Positions 10,522-24,667 of a stretch of 64,000 nucleotides of DNA are shown one piece after another; the first letter of the stretch is position 1, and each line of letters begins with the position of its first letter. This DNA comes from an uncultured Carnobacteriaceae bacterium (GTDB lineage Bacteria > Bacillota > Bacilli > Lactobacillales > Aerococcaceae). A program made the translations under genes and the position numbers. Where the stretch lies: assembly GCA_963730595.1 (NCBI GenBank), contig CAVSSJ010000007.1, forward strand, positions 2,580-66,579, read 5' to 3'. A model generated the notes under the pieces. That model was not told the origin of the DNA and did not search any database. It was given only the letters and a program-made list of their open reading frames with translations.

Positions 10522-11866
10522 ATGGCGAGTGGGAACAACGGCTTAAAAAAGGAAATCGGGCTTTTGGATGGGATCAGCATCATCTGCGGAATCATGCTGG
10601 GTTCGAGTATTTTTTATCTGGGTTCATATGTACTGATCACGACGGACATGAATTTTGGATTAGCGATTTTAGCTTGGATAACCGGTGGCCTTATTTCGCT
10701 GTTGTGTGGACTGTGCTATGCGGAGCTGGGCGCAAGCGATCCAAGGGCTGGGGGGATTACTGTCTACCTGTCCACTGCGTACAGCCCCATCGTCGGTTTT
10801 TTGTATGGATTTAACCTGTTCGTATTGGCAGGCCCAGGCTCCATCGCTGCTGTGGCATTAATTTTAGCGTCGGTTTTACAACAAGTTGTGCCATTCGGAG
10901 ATTTCGGAATGAAAAGCGTTGCGGTTTTGTCCATCATCGGATTAAGCCTTGTCAATTATCGTGGAACTGAACTAGGGACGTTTGTTCAAAACCTATCCAT
11001 GGTGGGGAAGATCAGTTCCGATCATACTCATCTTGGTGGTCGGGTTGATTAAGGGGGAAAATGTACCTGATTTGTCCATTCCCCTTGGAACGGAAGGATA
11101 TGATATAGGGAGTGTCATCAACATGGTGGCGGTCGCTGTCGTCGTGACACTATGGGCCTATGAAGGCTGGGCGAATCTGAACAGTTTGGCCGAAGAAATG
11201 AAAAATCCCAAACGCACTTTGCCGTCAGCCATCATTATTTCGATTGTGTCGCTTACCCTGTTGTATGTGCTGTTTAATTATTCCATTTTGCGCGTGCTTT
11301 CTTATGGGAAGATTGACACGATGTTACAAGCGGGAGATTTCTATCTGGGCACAGCGGCGGCAATGAAAACAATGGGGGATTTTGGCGGTTGGCTTGTGTC
11401 GGTAACGATGATCATTGCGCTATTGGGTTCGCTGAATGGCTGCATCTTGGCTTTCCCCAGAAATTATTACGCCATGAGCATGGAAGGACATTTCTTCGCC
11501 AGCTTTAAGAAATTGCATGCCAAATATGCTGTGCCGCATTATGCCATCGTGGCACAAGCGGTCATTTCGGTACTGCTTGTATTCATTCAAGAATTGACCC
11601 AGCTGATCGCACTCGTTGTTTTTTCGAGTATGTTGTTCAATATACTGACCACATTTGCGGTGTTGCTGTACCGAAAAAAATTTCCGGAGATGGAAAGGCC
11701 ATATAAAGTAAAGGGATATCCTTTCACTGTCGTTATGATTACCGCTTTATTTGTTGGGCTGACGATAAATACACTAAGAGAAGATCCCGTTACCTCGCTC
11801 ATCGGGGTTTGTGTGCCCCTCTTAGGAGTGGGTTTCTATTATTACTTTGATAGAAGAAAAAATTGA
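10522..11866 (+). CDS. APC-family amino acid permease (LAT/SteT-like); frameshift near 11010
   Basis: 'GIMLGSSIF', 'CYAELG', 'WAYEGW', 'ERPYKV' motifs split over two ORFs. Confidence 0.85.
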
Positions 11867-12203
11867 AACGACCGGCACTGACCTTGTATCGAAAAAGACA
11901 GAAGAGCAAATGAGTGAACTATAGCTCATTTGCCTTCTGTCTTTTTTTTTCGTGCTGAATGTTTTCAGGTAGCGATCTCGAAAGGAAACTATTGCTCTAT
12001 CGGTTCGCTTACTTTTTTGATATAATGAATGGGTGAATCACTTGTACAGACTGTTAATGAGGTGAATTTGGCGAAGTATTTTTGGAAATTTAAAGGAGCA
12101 GTTACATTCGAGCTTTGGTAGTGCATTTCTAATGTCAGGACTGAAGCTATTTTTTTGGAATTACGTTTCTGGTTTAACGAAGCTGGAAAAAATTATGATT
12201 TGA

Positions 12204-15759
<3,556 letters not shown>

Positions 15760-15762
15760 TAC

Positions 15763-15804
15763 CAAACCTCCTTGCGCACATTAAATTGCGCAAGGAGGTT
15801 TTTC
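15763..15804 (+). terminator. Intrinsic terminator
   Basis: aaacctccttgcgca...tgcgcaaggaggtttt. Confidence 0.85.
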
Positions 15805-15840
15805 TGTTGACATCCCATAAAAAAGAGTGTGAGCGGTTTT

Positions 15841-16296
15841 AAAGGTGCCGCCGATGCGATAGAGGGCGCGAATGTATTGGCTGATGGCTTCGGGATGATG
15901 AGTGATGGTGGGATAAATCGTTTTGAACTGATCTCTGCAGTGGTGGATTGCGGATTGGGGAGCAAATGATCGAAGAAAAGGACGTGAATCAGATTATGTA
16001 TGCTGCCATTACGGTCATTGTGGACAAAGGGAAGGCTGAACAGGTGGTGGAAGCGGCTATCGCAGCAGGTTCAAACGGCGGCACCATCATCAATGCGCGG
16101 AGTTCGGGAATCCATGAAAACGAGCAAACTGTTTTCGATGGATATCGAACCGGAAAAGGAAATCGTCCTGATCATCTCCCAGGCAACGAAGGCAAACGGG
16201 ATTGTCGCTTCGATCAGGGAACAGCTGAAAATGGATGACCCAGGGAATGGACTGATCTTTACGCAAAACGTGAATGAAGCCTATGGCGCGCAGTGA
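15841..16296 (+). pseudogene. Deletion remnant of DUF1538 plus tandem PII-like regulator
   Basis: Fragments 'GAADAIEGANVLADGFGM', 'FELISAVVDCGLGSK', then PII-like domain 'IVDKGKAEQVVEAA...GGTIINAR..GIHE/TSKLFSMDIEPEKEIVLII'. Confidence 0.65.
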
Positions 16297-16344
16297 AACG
16301 GGCCATTCTGCAAGAACATCCGGATGGAATAATATTTTTACAGT

Positions 16345-16750
16345 CTAAGCCTTGCTTATTCCAATTATCCATGATACAATGAATTTAACATTTTGTTAGG
16401 TGTGAGAAAAGAATTGTTTAAAAACATTCCGGTTCGTAACGTTAGCAACAATGTAAGATATGTGCGAAACGCACGAGGAGGAATTTCATTATGGAACAAG
16501 GTACAGTAAAATGGTTTAACGCAGACAAAGGTTTTGGATTTATCGAACGCGAAAGCGGAGACGATGTATTCGTACATTTCTCAGCTATCCAATCTGAAGG
16601 ATTCAAATCTTTAGAAGAAGGCCAAGCAGTAACTTTCAGCGTTGAAGAAGGTAACCGTGGACCTCAAGCAACAAACGTTAACAAAGCTTAATTTAAAAAA
16701 CTAAATTTAAACTTATAAGGACTTAACTTTCGGGTTGGGTTCTTTTTTCT
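16345..16750 (+). repeat. Direct repeat copy 1 (csp promoter, UTR, gene, terminator)
   Basis: Near-identical to about 22385-22785, including 'ccatgatacaat', 'cgtaacgttagcaacaatgta', 'aacttataaggacttaactttcgggtt'. Confidence 0.9.
16491..16691 (+). CDS. cspA: Cold-shock protein
   Basis: '[15 protein letters not shown]', 'DVFVHFSAI'; strong RBS, long 5'UTR, terminator at about 16718-16750. Confidence 0.97.
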   Translation: MEQGTVKWFNADKGFGFIERESGDDVFVHFSAIQSEGFKSLEEGQAVTFSVEEGNRGPQATNVNKA

Positions 16751-16840
16751 TTCGTTCAGGGAACCGCCCACCTCGAAGGCCGGTTTCCAAAGGAAGATGA
16801 AGCAGTCAGTTCAACATATATACAGAAGGGAAGAAAAAAT

Positions 16841-17459
16841 ATGTACCCAACAGTCATTTTGGCAAGCCAGTCCCCCAGGAGAAAAGAGCTGCTGTCCTTA
16901 TGTGTGAAGGATTTCGCTGTCCAAGTATCCGAGATCGACGAGAAGGAAGTAGAAAGAAAAATTCTCTGCCGAAGCGGGGCAGGAAGATTTCATCGAAACG
17001 GCAAGAAAGCTGGTGGAGACACTTGCGAGGGAAAAGGCGGCTGTCATCCATCGGTTGCAGACTAATGCGATGGTGATCGGTGCGGATACCGTCGTCGTTT
17101 TGGACAATCGCGTATTAGGCAAGCCAATGGACGCCGATGAAGCCTATGCCATGCTGCGTTCCTTGGCCGGGAGGACACATTCCGTGCTTACCGGAGTGAG
17201 TATCCAGTGGGGCGAGTTGGAAGAGACCTTTGCTGTCGAGACCAAGGTGCATTTTTTTGAGTGGGATGCACAGATGGATGCGGAAGTGAGGGCCTATATC
17301 GCTAGCGGCAGCCCGCTGGACAAAGCCGGTGCATACGGTATCCAGGAGGAAGCCGGGCTTTGGGTCGAGCGGATAGAAGGGGATTACAACAATATCGTGG
17401 GTCTGCCGGTCGCTTCCGTCAACAAGGCGATGCAGCGAATGCTTTCTGCAGAGGCTTAA
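16841..17459 (+). CDS. maf: Maf-family nucleoside triphosphate pyrophosphatase; frameshift near 16967
   Basis: 'ILASQSPRRKELL', 'IGADTVV', 'DKAGAYGIQ', 'NIVGLP'. Confidence 0.9.
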
Positions 17460-17523
17460 AACTGTTTCGGGATGGCCGCATTCGGAAAATGGAATTTATC
17501 CAATGAAACCTCTCAAGTTTCTC

Positions 17524-17576
17524 AACCAAATAAGCCGGGAATCGCGTAAAAGCGTGATTCCCGGCTTATTTGGTTA
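17524..17576. terminator. Long inverted repeat / terminator
   Basis: aaccaaataagccgggaatcgcg-taaaag-cgtgattcccggcttatttggtt. Confidence 0.8.
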
Positions 17577-17614
17577 TTTGTGGATTGTTCAATGAATATG
17601 CAGTAACATATAGT

Positions 17615-17628
17615 TGTAAGCGCTATCC
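17615..17628 (+). promoter_or_regulatory. cre-like / LacI-family operator upstream of amrS
   Basis: TGTAAGCGCTATCC, one mismatch to TGWAANCGNTNWCA. Confidence 0.45.
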
Positions 17629-17698
17629 TTTTGTGGATCAATAGCTTGGATAAGCCGATCGGACCGGATGTTTGTGCATTGAAGAAAGGAATGACACG

Positions 17699-18571
17699 AT
17701 GAAAGAGGCCATGTTATACCAAAAATTGGATGACGGCAAAGTGAAGTGCGGCGTTTGCCCGCACCGGTGCACGATTGCAGACGGGAAGAGAGGCATTTGC
17801 GGCGTGCGGGAAAATCGCCAAGGGACACTGTATGCTTTAAATTATGGGAAAGCGGTGGCTGTGGCCATCGAACCAATCGAAAAAAAGCCGCTTTTTCACT
17901 TTTTGCCGAGGACGCAAATCTATTCCTTCGCCACTGTCGGCTGCAATTTGAGATGCCTCTGGTGCCAGAACTGGGATATTTCGCAAAATCCGAAACCGAA
18001 CCGACCGATCATCGGTGAAGATATCACGCCGGAAGAACACGTGAAAAGGGCTCTCGCAGCCGGTGTGCCTTCGATTGCCTATACCTATACGGAACCCATC
18101 ATTTTTGTGGAGTATGCCCTCGAAACGATGAAGTTGGCCAGGGAAAAGGGATTGAAAAATGTTTGGAAGACGGCGGGCTATATGACAAGGGAGACGCTTG
18201 AAGCCATCACGCCCTATTTGGATGCCGCCAACGTTGATTTAAAGGGGCCGGATGACGCGTTTTACGTGAAGTATTGCGGCGGCGAAGTCCAGCCCGTCAT
18301 GGAGGCCATAAAATATCTCTACAAAGCGGGCGTGCATATCGAAGTCACGACGCTGGTCATACCGGGTGTCAATGACAGGCCCGAGCAGCTGGAAAAGATG
18401 GCCCATTTCATCGCCGATGAAGTAGGCAAAGATGTCCCATGGCATGTAAACAGGTTTTTCCCGGGATGGAAAATGATGGATGCTCCGATAACGTCCCTGG
18501 ATTCGTTGAAGTTGGCGGAAGAGATCGGGAAAAAGGCAGGATTGCAGCATGTGCACATCGGCAACGTCTAG
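17699..18571 (+). CDS. amrS: AmmeMemoRadiSam system radical SAM enzyme
   Basis: N-terminal 'CGVCPHRC...GICGVREN', 'PIEKKPLFHFLP', 'GCNLRCLWCQNWDISQ'. Confidence 0.92.
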   Translation: MKEAMLYQKLDDGKVKCGVCPHRCTIADGKRGICGVRENRQGTLYALNYGKAVAVAIEPIEKKPLFHFLPRTQIYSFATVGCNLRCLWCQNWDISQNPKPNRPIIGEDITPEEHVKRALAAGVPSIAYTYTEPIIFVEYALETMKLAREKGLKNVWKTAGYMTRETLEAITPYLDAANVDLKGPDDAFYVKYCGGEVQPVMEAIKYLYKAGVHIEVTTLVIPGVNDRPEQLEKMAHFIADEVGKDVPWHVNRFFPGWKMMDAPITSLDSLKLAEEIGKKAGLQHVHIGNV

Positions 18572-18585
18572 AAGGGGGTAAGGCA

Positions 18586-19203
18586 ATGTTAACGTTTGGC
18601 GTCGTCAGTCCGCATCCGCCCCTGATCATTCCCGAAATAGGCGGCAAGGACATTGAAAGAGTAAGAAAGACAACGGCAGCTTTGGAAGCAGCGGCAAAAA
18701 AATTGGCAGCTACAAAACCGGAACGCATCGTGATCATTTCGCCGCATACGGACCATGGCTATGAAGTGCCGCTCTATTATCTCGGAAAAGAGCTGGCCCC
18801 TGATATCGAAGTGGAAAAGATCCTGGTCACAAATCCTTCCTATGAACATTACTTCGAGCTGGGGAAACAGTACGGCAAAGAAATCGAAAAAACAGATAAA
18901 CGGACGGCCGTCATAGCCTCCGGTGATCTTTCGCACGTATTAAAAACGGACGGGCCCTATGGCTATCACCCGGCGGGACCGATGCTGGATAAACTGATCG
19001 TCAAGGCGATACGCGAAAGGGATGCGGAGAGTTTGCTACATCTCGATCCTACTTTCCTGGAGAATGGCGCGGAATGCGGCTTGCGGTCCATCCTGTTTTT
19101 GTTCGGCGTGTTTGAAGGCAGAGACTATGCGACAGAGGTATTGTCCTATGAAGGACCTTTCGGTGTCGGGTATATGGTAGCCACTTTCGCTTTGCGGCAA
19201 TGA
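18586..19203 (+). CDS. amrB: AmmeMemoRadiSam protein B (Memo/LigB-like), compact
   Basis: 'PHPPLIIPEIG', 'IISPH', 'DHG', 'ASGDLSH', 'ECGLRS', 'SYEGPFGVGY'. Confidence 0.85.
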   Translation: MLTFGVVSPHPPLIIPEIGGKDIERVRKTTAALEAAAKKLAATKPERIVIISPHTDHGYEVPLYYLGKELAPDIEVEKILVTNPSYEHYFELGKQYGKEIEKTDKRTAVIASGDLSHVLKTDGPYGYHPAGPMLDKLIVKAIRERDAESLLHLDPTFLENGAECGLRSILFLFGVFEGRDYATEVLSYEGPFGVGYMVATFALRQ

Positions 19204-19231
19204 TCAAGTGGCGGGTTAGGGGGGAAAGGCA

Positions 19232-20434
19232 ATGGAAAAATGGTTTTTTACTTCGGAATCGGTTATGGAAGGTCATCCGGACAAAATATGTGATCAAGTA
19301 GCGGACGGCATTTTGGATGCCATCATGGCAAAAGAGCCTTTAAGCCGTGTGGCCTGCGACGTTTCTGCCAGCACGGGCCTGATCATGATTTATGGACAAA
19401 TCACCTCATCCTGCACAATCGACATCCCTGTGATCGCCAGAAAAATCATCCAGGAAATCGGCTATACGGATACCGCGTTCGGTATGGATGGGGGAGCCTG
19501 TTCGGTCCTTACGGCAATCGACAAGCAGTCCCCGGACATTGCCGGAGGTGTGGACGCCTCGCGGGAATACAAGCAGGGCTCAGCGGATGAAATGGACCGG
19601 CTTGGCGCCGGCGATCAGGGGATCATGTTCGGGTATGCCTGCAACGAGACGCCGGAGCTGATGCCGCTGCCGATCACATTGGCGCATAAGTTGGCAAAAA
19701 AAATGGCGGAGCTGCGCAAATCAGGGGCCATCCCTTATTTGAGGCCGGACGGGAAAACGCAGATTACGGTGGAATATTTCGGCAATCGGCCCGTCCGCAT
19801 CGAAGCGGTCGTTGTCGCCTGTCAACATGACGAATCGGTTACCCATGAGCAGATCAGGCACGATGTGATCGAAAAGGCCGTCAAAACGGTCCTTCCGGAA
19901 GGAATGCTGGATGAACGGACAAAATACTACGTAAATGCAACCGGCAGATTTGTCATAGGCGGACCGGCTGGGGATTCGGGTTGGACCGGCAAAAAAATCA
20001 TCGTCGATACATACGGCGGATACGCCAGACATGGCGGCGGCTCCTTCTCGGGGAAGGACCCAACCAAGGTCGATCGTTCCGCGACCTATGCCGCAAGATA
20101 TGTCGCCAAAAATATCGTGGCGGCCGGTTTGGCGGACAAGTGCGAAGTACAGCTTGCCTATGTCATCGGCATGTCCCACCCGGTATCCATCATGGTTGAA
20201 ACCTTCGGAACCGGAAAGATGGACGACCAGAAAATAGAGGGCTTGATAGCGAGGAACTTCGATCTGCGGCCGTCAGCCATCATAAGGGATTTTGATTTGA
20301 GGAGACCGATTTATCAGCAGGTCGCCTGCTATGGCCATTTCGGAAGGCCGGATCTGGACTTGCCTTGGGAAAGGACCGACAAAGCGGAGGTTTTAAGAAC
20401 GGAAGGGATGAAGTTGGGAGCGGGGCTGCTGTAG
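19232..20434 (+). CDS. metK: S-adenosylmethionine synthetase
   Basis: 'FTSESV-EGHPDK', 'GAGDQG', '[16 protein letters not shown]'. Confidence 0.97.
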   Translation: MEKWFFTSESVMEGHPDKICDQVADGILDAIMAKEPLSRVACDVSASTGLIMIYGQITSSCTIDIPVIARKIIQEIGYTDTAFGMDGGACSVLTAIDKQSPDIAGGVDASREYKQGSADEMDRLGAGDQGIMFGYACNETPELMPLPITLAHKLAKKMAELRKSGAIPYLRPDGKTQITVEYFGNRPVRIEAVVVACQHDESVTHEQIRHDVIEKAVKTVLPEGMLDERTKYYVNATGRFVIGGPAGDSGWTGKKIIVDTYGGYARHGGGSFSGKDPTKVDRSATYAARYVAKNIVAAGLADKCEVQLAYVIGMSHPVSIMVETFGTGKMDDQKIEGLIARNFDLRPSAIIRDFDLRRPIYQQVACYGHFGRPDLDLPWERTDKAEVLRTEGMKLGAGLL

Positions 20435-20490
20435 CGGCCGGGTTTACCGGAAGATACCATTCGCAAAACAAAAAAGGAAGTGAGCCGGCG

Positions 20491-21486
20491 ATGAAGAGGA
20501 AATTTCAGTTTGTGTTGCTTTTGACCGTTTTGGCTTTTTCGTTCAGTGGATGCAAATCATGGGATGAGGCATACGAGGAAGCTGCTTCAGCAACGTTCAC
20601 GGTCGACGTATTAAAAGGACCGAGCGCTGTAGGTTTGGTAAAGATGATGGAACCCAGCATCAAGCCTAATCCTAAATTGGGCGACACGGTCGGATACGTC
20701 ATCGGACAGGACCCGGAGGCGCTCTATGAAAAGTTGCTGTCGGAGGAAATAGACGTGGCAGTCATTCCGACGGATATGGCTGCGAGGCTTTACAATGAGG
20801 GTGGGAAATACCAACTGGCTGCAGTCACTACCGGCGGATTTATGTATGTTCTGACCGACGGCGTGACCATCGCTAACTGGTCTGATTTGAAGGGGAAAGA
20901 GGTGGATATCGCCGAAGCAGGTTCGGTATCTGATGTGGTCTTCAGATATCTGTTGTCCAAAAATGGAATCGATCCCGATAAAGACTTGATTTTGGCATAT
21001 GCAGCTGATCCGGAAGAATTGGCGCAAACAGCCATGGATGGCAACAGTGCGATTACCGTGTTGGCTGAACCGTATGTATCGATGGTGCTGGCTGCGAACA
21101 AAAAAAGTGAGATAGCGCTGGATGTGCAGAAGGAATGGGCTAACATAAACGGCAAAGATACCCCGCTTCCCCAGACATGCCTGATAGTCAATACAGCGTT
21201 AGCGACCCAGGATTCCGAAGAAATGGGCTTGCTGCTGGATGATTATTCAGACTCGGTTGATTGGGTGAAAAAAAAACCTGCGGATGCCGCTGGACTGCTG
21301 GATAAACACGATGTCGGGATGAGTGCGGAAATCGCTGAGGAGGCGATTCCCAGAAGCAATCTGCTATTTATAGGCGCCGAAGAGGCTCGACCAGCAGTTG
21401 ATAAATATCTGCAAGTGCTCATGGAGGCATCACCGGATGCTATAGGCGGTAAATTGCCGGATGCAGCGTTCTATTATGTGGAATAA
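20491..21486 (+). CDS. ABC substrate-binding lipoprotein (NitT/TauT/NMT1-like), no adjacent permease
   Basis: Lipobox 'FSFSGC', 'LKGPSAVG', 'SDLKGK', 'GGKLPDAAFYY'. Confidence 0.82.
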   Translation: MKRKFQFVLLLTVLAFSFSGCKSWDEAYEEAASATFTVDVLKGPSAVGLVKMMEPSIKPNPKLGDTVGYVIGQDPEALYEKLLSEEIDVAVIPTDMAARLYNEGGKYQLAAVTTGGFMYVLTDGVTIANWSDLKGKEVDIAEAGSVSDVVFRYLLSKNGIDPDKDLILAYAADPEELAQTAMDGNSAITVLAEPYVSMVLAANKKSEIALDVQKEWANINGKDTPLPQTCLIVNTALATQDSEEMGLLLDDYSDSVDWVKKKPADAAGLLDKHDVGMSAEIAEEAIPRSNLLFIGAEEARPAVDKYLQVLMEASPDAIGGKLPDAAFYYVE

Positions 21487-21570
21487 GACCCAGAACAGAG
21501 AAGGGAAATGTGTTGTTATCATCTGGATTTCGCAACGGATCGACTTTTAAGAGGATGAGGCGGTGTAGTA

Positions 21571-22269
21571 ATGAGTAGTGAAACGAATAACGAGATGGAT
21601 AGGAAGTCGTTGCTCAGATTGGTTTTTACCCGATTTTTGAATGGGATTGTCGTAATCGGGGCCATTCTGTTTCTGTCGGCCGGTACACTGAGCTATTGGA
21701 ATGGCTGGCTTTTTCTGGTTGCGCTGGTCATCCCGATGAGCGGGACATTGTATTATCTGCTGAAGGAGGACCCCGCGTTGCTCGCTAAACGGATGAGACT
21801 GAAGGAGCCGCAAAAGAAGCAGCGTACAATCGTGAAGGTAGCATCGTTGTTCATGATTATAGCGATAATCATGCCAGGACTGGATTATCGCTATAACTGG
21901 TCGGATGTCCCTTTCTGGCTGGTCATTGCAAGTCTACTGTTATTTGAATTGTCCTATGCGTTGGTTATTGTTGTGCTAGCGCAGAACAGTTACGCTTCCA
22001 GGGTTGTCGAGATACAGGAAGGGCAAAAGTTGATCGATACCGGGCTCTATTCGGTTGTGAGGCATCCAATGTATCTGGGATCGATCCTCTTGTATTTGGC
22101 CGTACCTTTGCTGCTTGGATCCTATTATGCATTGATCCCGATGGCTGTGGCTTGCGCCGAAATAATCGCAAGGATCAAGAACGAGGAAGAAGTGCTGAAG
22201 GCCGGGCTGGCCGGTTACAAGGAATACACAGAAAGAGTGAAATACCGGTTGATCCCCTTTGTGTGGTGA
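21571..22269 (+). CDS. Isoprenylcysteine carboxyl methyltransferase (ICMT/PEMT)-family membrane methyltransferase
   Basis: 'IDTGLYSVVRHPMYLG', 'EEEVL', 'YRLIPFVW'. Confidence 0.88.
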   Translation: MSSETNNEMDRKSLLRLVFTRFLNGIVVIGAILFLSAGTLSYWNGWLFLVALVIPMSGTLYYLLKEDPALLAKRMRLKEPQKKQRTIVKVASLFMIIAIIMPGLDYRYNWSDVPFWLVIASLLLFELSYALVIVVLAQNSYASRVVEIQEGQKLIDTGLYSVVRHPMYLGSILLYLAVPLLLGSYYALIPMAVACAEIIARIKNEEEVLKAGLAGYKEYTERVKYRLIPFVW

Positions 22270-22384
22270 GCAGGACGGTGTTGCAAAGAATGTTTTTATC
22301 CGAAGAAAAGGATAATCACGGAGAAAAGAATCCGCTTCCCAAATCCTGTTGGCCGGAAGCGGATTTATAATTTTTTAGTTGTTA

Positions 22385-22785
22385 AGGGTTGCATATTTGG
22401 TTTACCCATGATACAATAAGTTTAACATTTTGTTAGTGAGTGAAAGAAAAGAATTGTTTAAGAGACATTCCAATCCGTAACGTTAGCAACAATGTATGAT
22501 ATGTGCGAAACGCACGAGGAGGAATTTAATTATGGAAAAAGGTACAGTTAAATGGTTTAATGCAGAAAAAGGTTTTGGTTTCATCGAACGCGAAAACGGA
22601 GACGATGTATTCGTACATTTCTCAGCTATCCAATCTGAAGGTTTCAAATCTTTAGAAGAAGGACAAGCAGTAACTTTCGACGTTGAAGAAGGTAACCGTG
22701 GACCTCAAGCTTCAAACGTTCAAAAAGCTTAATTTAAAAAACTAAACTTATAAGGACTTAACTTTCGGGTTAGGTTCTTTTTTTT
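22385..22785 (+). repeat. Direct repeat copy 2 (csp promoter, UTR, gene, terminator)
   Basis: Near-identical to 16345-16750. Confidence 0.9.
22532..22732 (+). CDS. cspA: Cold-shock protein, second copy
   Basis: '[18 protein letters not shown]'; differs from first copy at a few residues. Confidence 0.97.
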   Translation: MEKGTVKWFNAEKGFGFIERENGDDVFVHFSAIQSEGFKSLEEGQAVTFDVEEGNRGPQASNVQKA

Positions 22786-22853
22786 GTCCTTCCGCAAGAA
22801 TGCATCTGGTATAATAAATAAAATCCAATATGATAGAGGAAAAGGAAAAACTG

Positions 22854-24317
22854 ATGAAAGAAAAAAATTCGCATCCATCTTTGCTGCAACGATTGCAGGG
22901 TTATGCCGAAACGGACATGATTCCGATGCACATGCCCGGCCACAAAAGAAACATAGGGCTGCTCGGGAATGATTTGCCGTACAAGCTGGACATCACCGAA
23001 ATCGAGGGCTTCGACAACTTGCATGGTGCCGCGGGGATACTGAAAGAGTATATGGACAGCTTCGCCGCTTTTTATGGAACAAAGCAGACCTTCTTCCTCG
23101 TCAATGGGAGCACGTGCGGGATTCTTGCCGGGATCCGCGCAGCGACAAAGCCGAGGGATAAGATCCTTGTCTCGCGGAATTGCCACAAAGCGGTGTACAA
23201 CGCCGTCGAACTGATGGATCTGCAGCCAGTCTATTTGTTGCCCGAACTTGAGGAAGATTTCAACGTCTACGGCGGAATCGACCCTAATTTGGTCAAACAA
23301 AAGCTGGATGAGAATCCGGATATCAAGTTGGTGGTTTTGACTTCGCCTACCTATGAGGGTGTGGTCAGCGACATACCTTCCATCGCAGCGCTTTGCCATG
23401 CGAGCAACATCCCATTATTGGTGGATGAGGCGCATGGCGCACATTTCAACTATTCTGAAGCATTCCCTGAGAGTGCGGTGACACAAGGAGCGGATATCGT
23501 CATCCAGAGCCTGCATAAAACCTTGCCTTCGCTGACGACGACCGCGTTGGCCCATGTCTGCGGCGAGCTTGTGGGCGAGCAGGAGATGGCGAGGCAACTC
23601 GCCATCTTTGAGACGAGTTCGCCGTCCTACATCCTGATGGCGTCCATCGAGCAATGCTTCCGCCTGATGACGGAGCGGACGGATGAGCTTTTCGGACAAT
23701 ATACACGCCATCTTGACGTGTTTTCGGAAAAGACGAAAGCATTGAAAAAGCTGCGGATCCTTTGCCACGGCAAAGATGACAAAGCGAAACACAAAAGCTT
23801 CCACGATTTTGATTCCGGGAAAATCGTGATTTCCACAAAGGGGACCAGCATCACCGGCAATGAGCTGATGGGAATGCTTCGGGAAAGATACCACATCGAA
23901 TTGGAGATGGCATACAGCGGCTATGCCCTCGCGATCACGAGCGTCTGCGACACGGAAGATTCCTTCTTCGCCTTGGCTGCTAGCCTTTTGGAAATCGACC
24001 AAACACTCGAAGCTGCTGCCGACCATACGAGCGGCCCGCTGCCGGGAATTCCGGAACGCGTCCTTTCCATCCAAGCGGCATTCCATTCGGAGCAGGAAGT
24101 TTGCTCGCTTCTGGAATCGCAAGGAAGGGTCGCCGCGGAATATGCCTGGGCCTATCCGCCGGGGATCCCCATCGTCACGCCGGGAGAACGAATATCCGAG
24201 GAAATCATTACGGCCATTGCGGGACTCTATCTGCAGGGGATACGGGTAAACAGCGACTCCGGCTGTCTTCCGGAATCGCTGCTCGTCGTGACGGAAACGG
24301 CCCAGCTTTCGCCATAA
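22854..24317 (+). CDS. Orn/Lys/Arg decarboxylase, PLP-dependent (YaaO-like)
   Basis: 'HMPGHK', 'LVNGST-G', 'DEAHGAH', 'QSLHKT', 'YPPGIP'. Confidence 0.9.
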   Translation: MKEKNSHPSLLQRLQGYAETDMIPMHMPGHKRNIGLLGNDLPYKLDITEIEGFDNLHGAAGILKEYMDSFAAFYGTKQTFFLVNGSTCGILAGIRAATKPRDKILVSRNCHKAVYNAVELMDLQPVYLLPELEEDFNVYGGIDPNLVKQKLDENPDIKLVVLTSPTYEGVVSDIPSIAALCHASNIPLLVDEAHGAHFNYSEAFPESAVTQGADIVIQSLHKTLPSLTTTALAHVCGELVGEQEMARQLAIFETSSPSYILMASIEQCFRLMTERTDELFGQYTRHLDVFSEKTKALKKLRILCHGKDDKAKHKSFHDFDSGKIVISTKGTSITGNELMGMLRERYHIELEMAYSGYALAITSVCDTEDSFFALAASLLEIDQTLEAAADHTSGPLPGIPERVLSIQAAFHSEQEVCSLLESQGRVAAEYAWAYPPGIPIVTPGERISEEIITAIAGLYLQGIRVNSDSGCLPESLLVVTETAQLSP

Positions 24318-24438
24318 ATACGGTGAAGTGCCGCCTCCGGTATAGATTGACGGAATGGATGTTTATTGCTAAAATGTTAGTAAGAAGCAAATCATTTGAC
24401 AATTTACTTCTAATATGTAAGTGAAGGAGTTGTTTGTT

Positions 24439-24585
24439 TTGAAAAGAATCGTTACATTGAACACGCGTAACCTGAAAGAAAGCGCAAAAACTGGCGGCTG
24501 TGGAGCATGCCAAACATCATGCCAATCAGCTTGTAAAACTTCTTGTGGGATTGCCAATCAATCTTGCGAAAACAAAAACAAGTAA
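24439..24585 (+). CDS. scfA: Six-cysteine ranthipeptide SCIFF precursor (48 aa, not in ORF track)
   Basis: TTG start after AAGGAG; MKRIVTLNTRNLKESAKTGGCGACQTSCQSACKTSCGIANQSCENKNK. Confidence 0.95.
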   Translation: MKRIVTLNTRNLKESAKTGGCGACQTSCQSACKTSCGIANQSCENKNK

Positions 24586-24600
24586 TAAACTGAAAAAAGT

Positions 24601-24642
24601 AAAAAGACCGCCCAATTGCTTTATCGTTGGGCGGCCCTTTTA
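24601..24642 (+). promoter_or_regulatory. Intergenic stem-loop between scfA and scfB
   Basis: ccgcccaa...ttgggcgg hairpin followed by a short T-run. Confidence 0.6.
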
Positions 24643-24667
24643 TGGATAAAAGGAGATCGATTATTAA

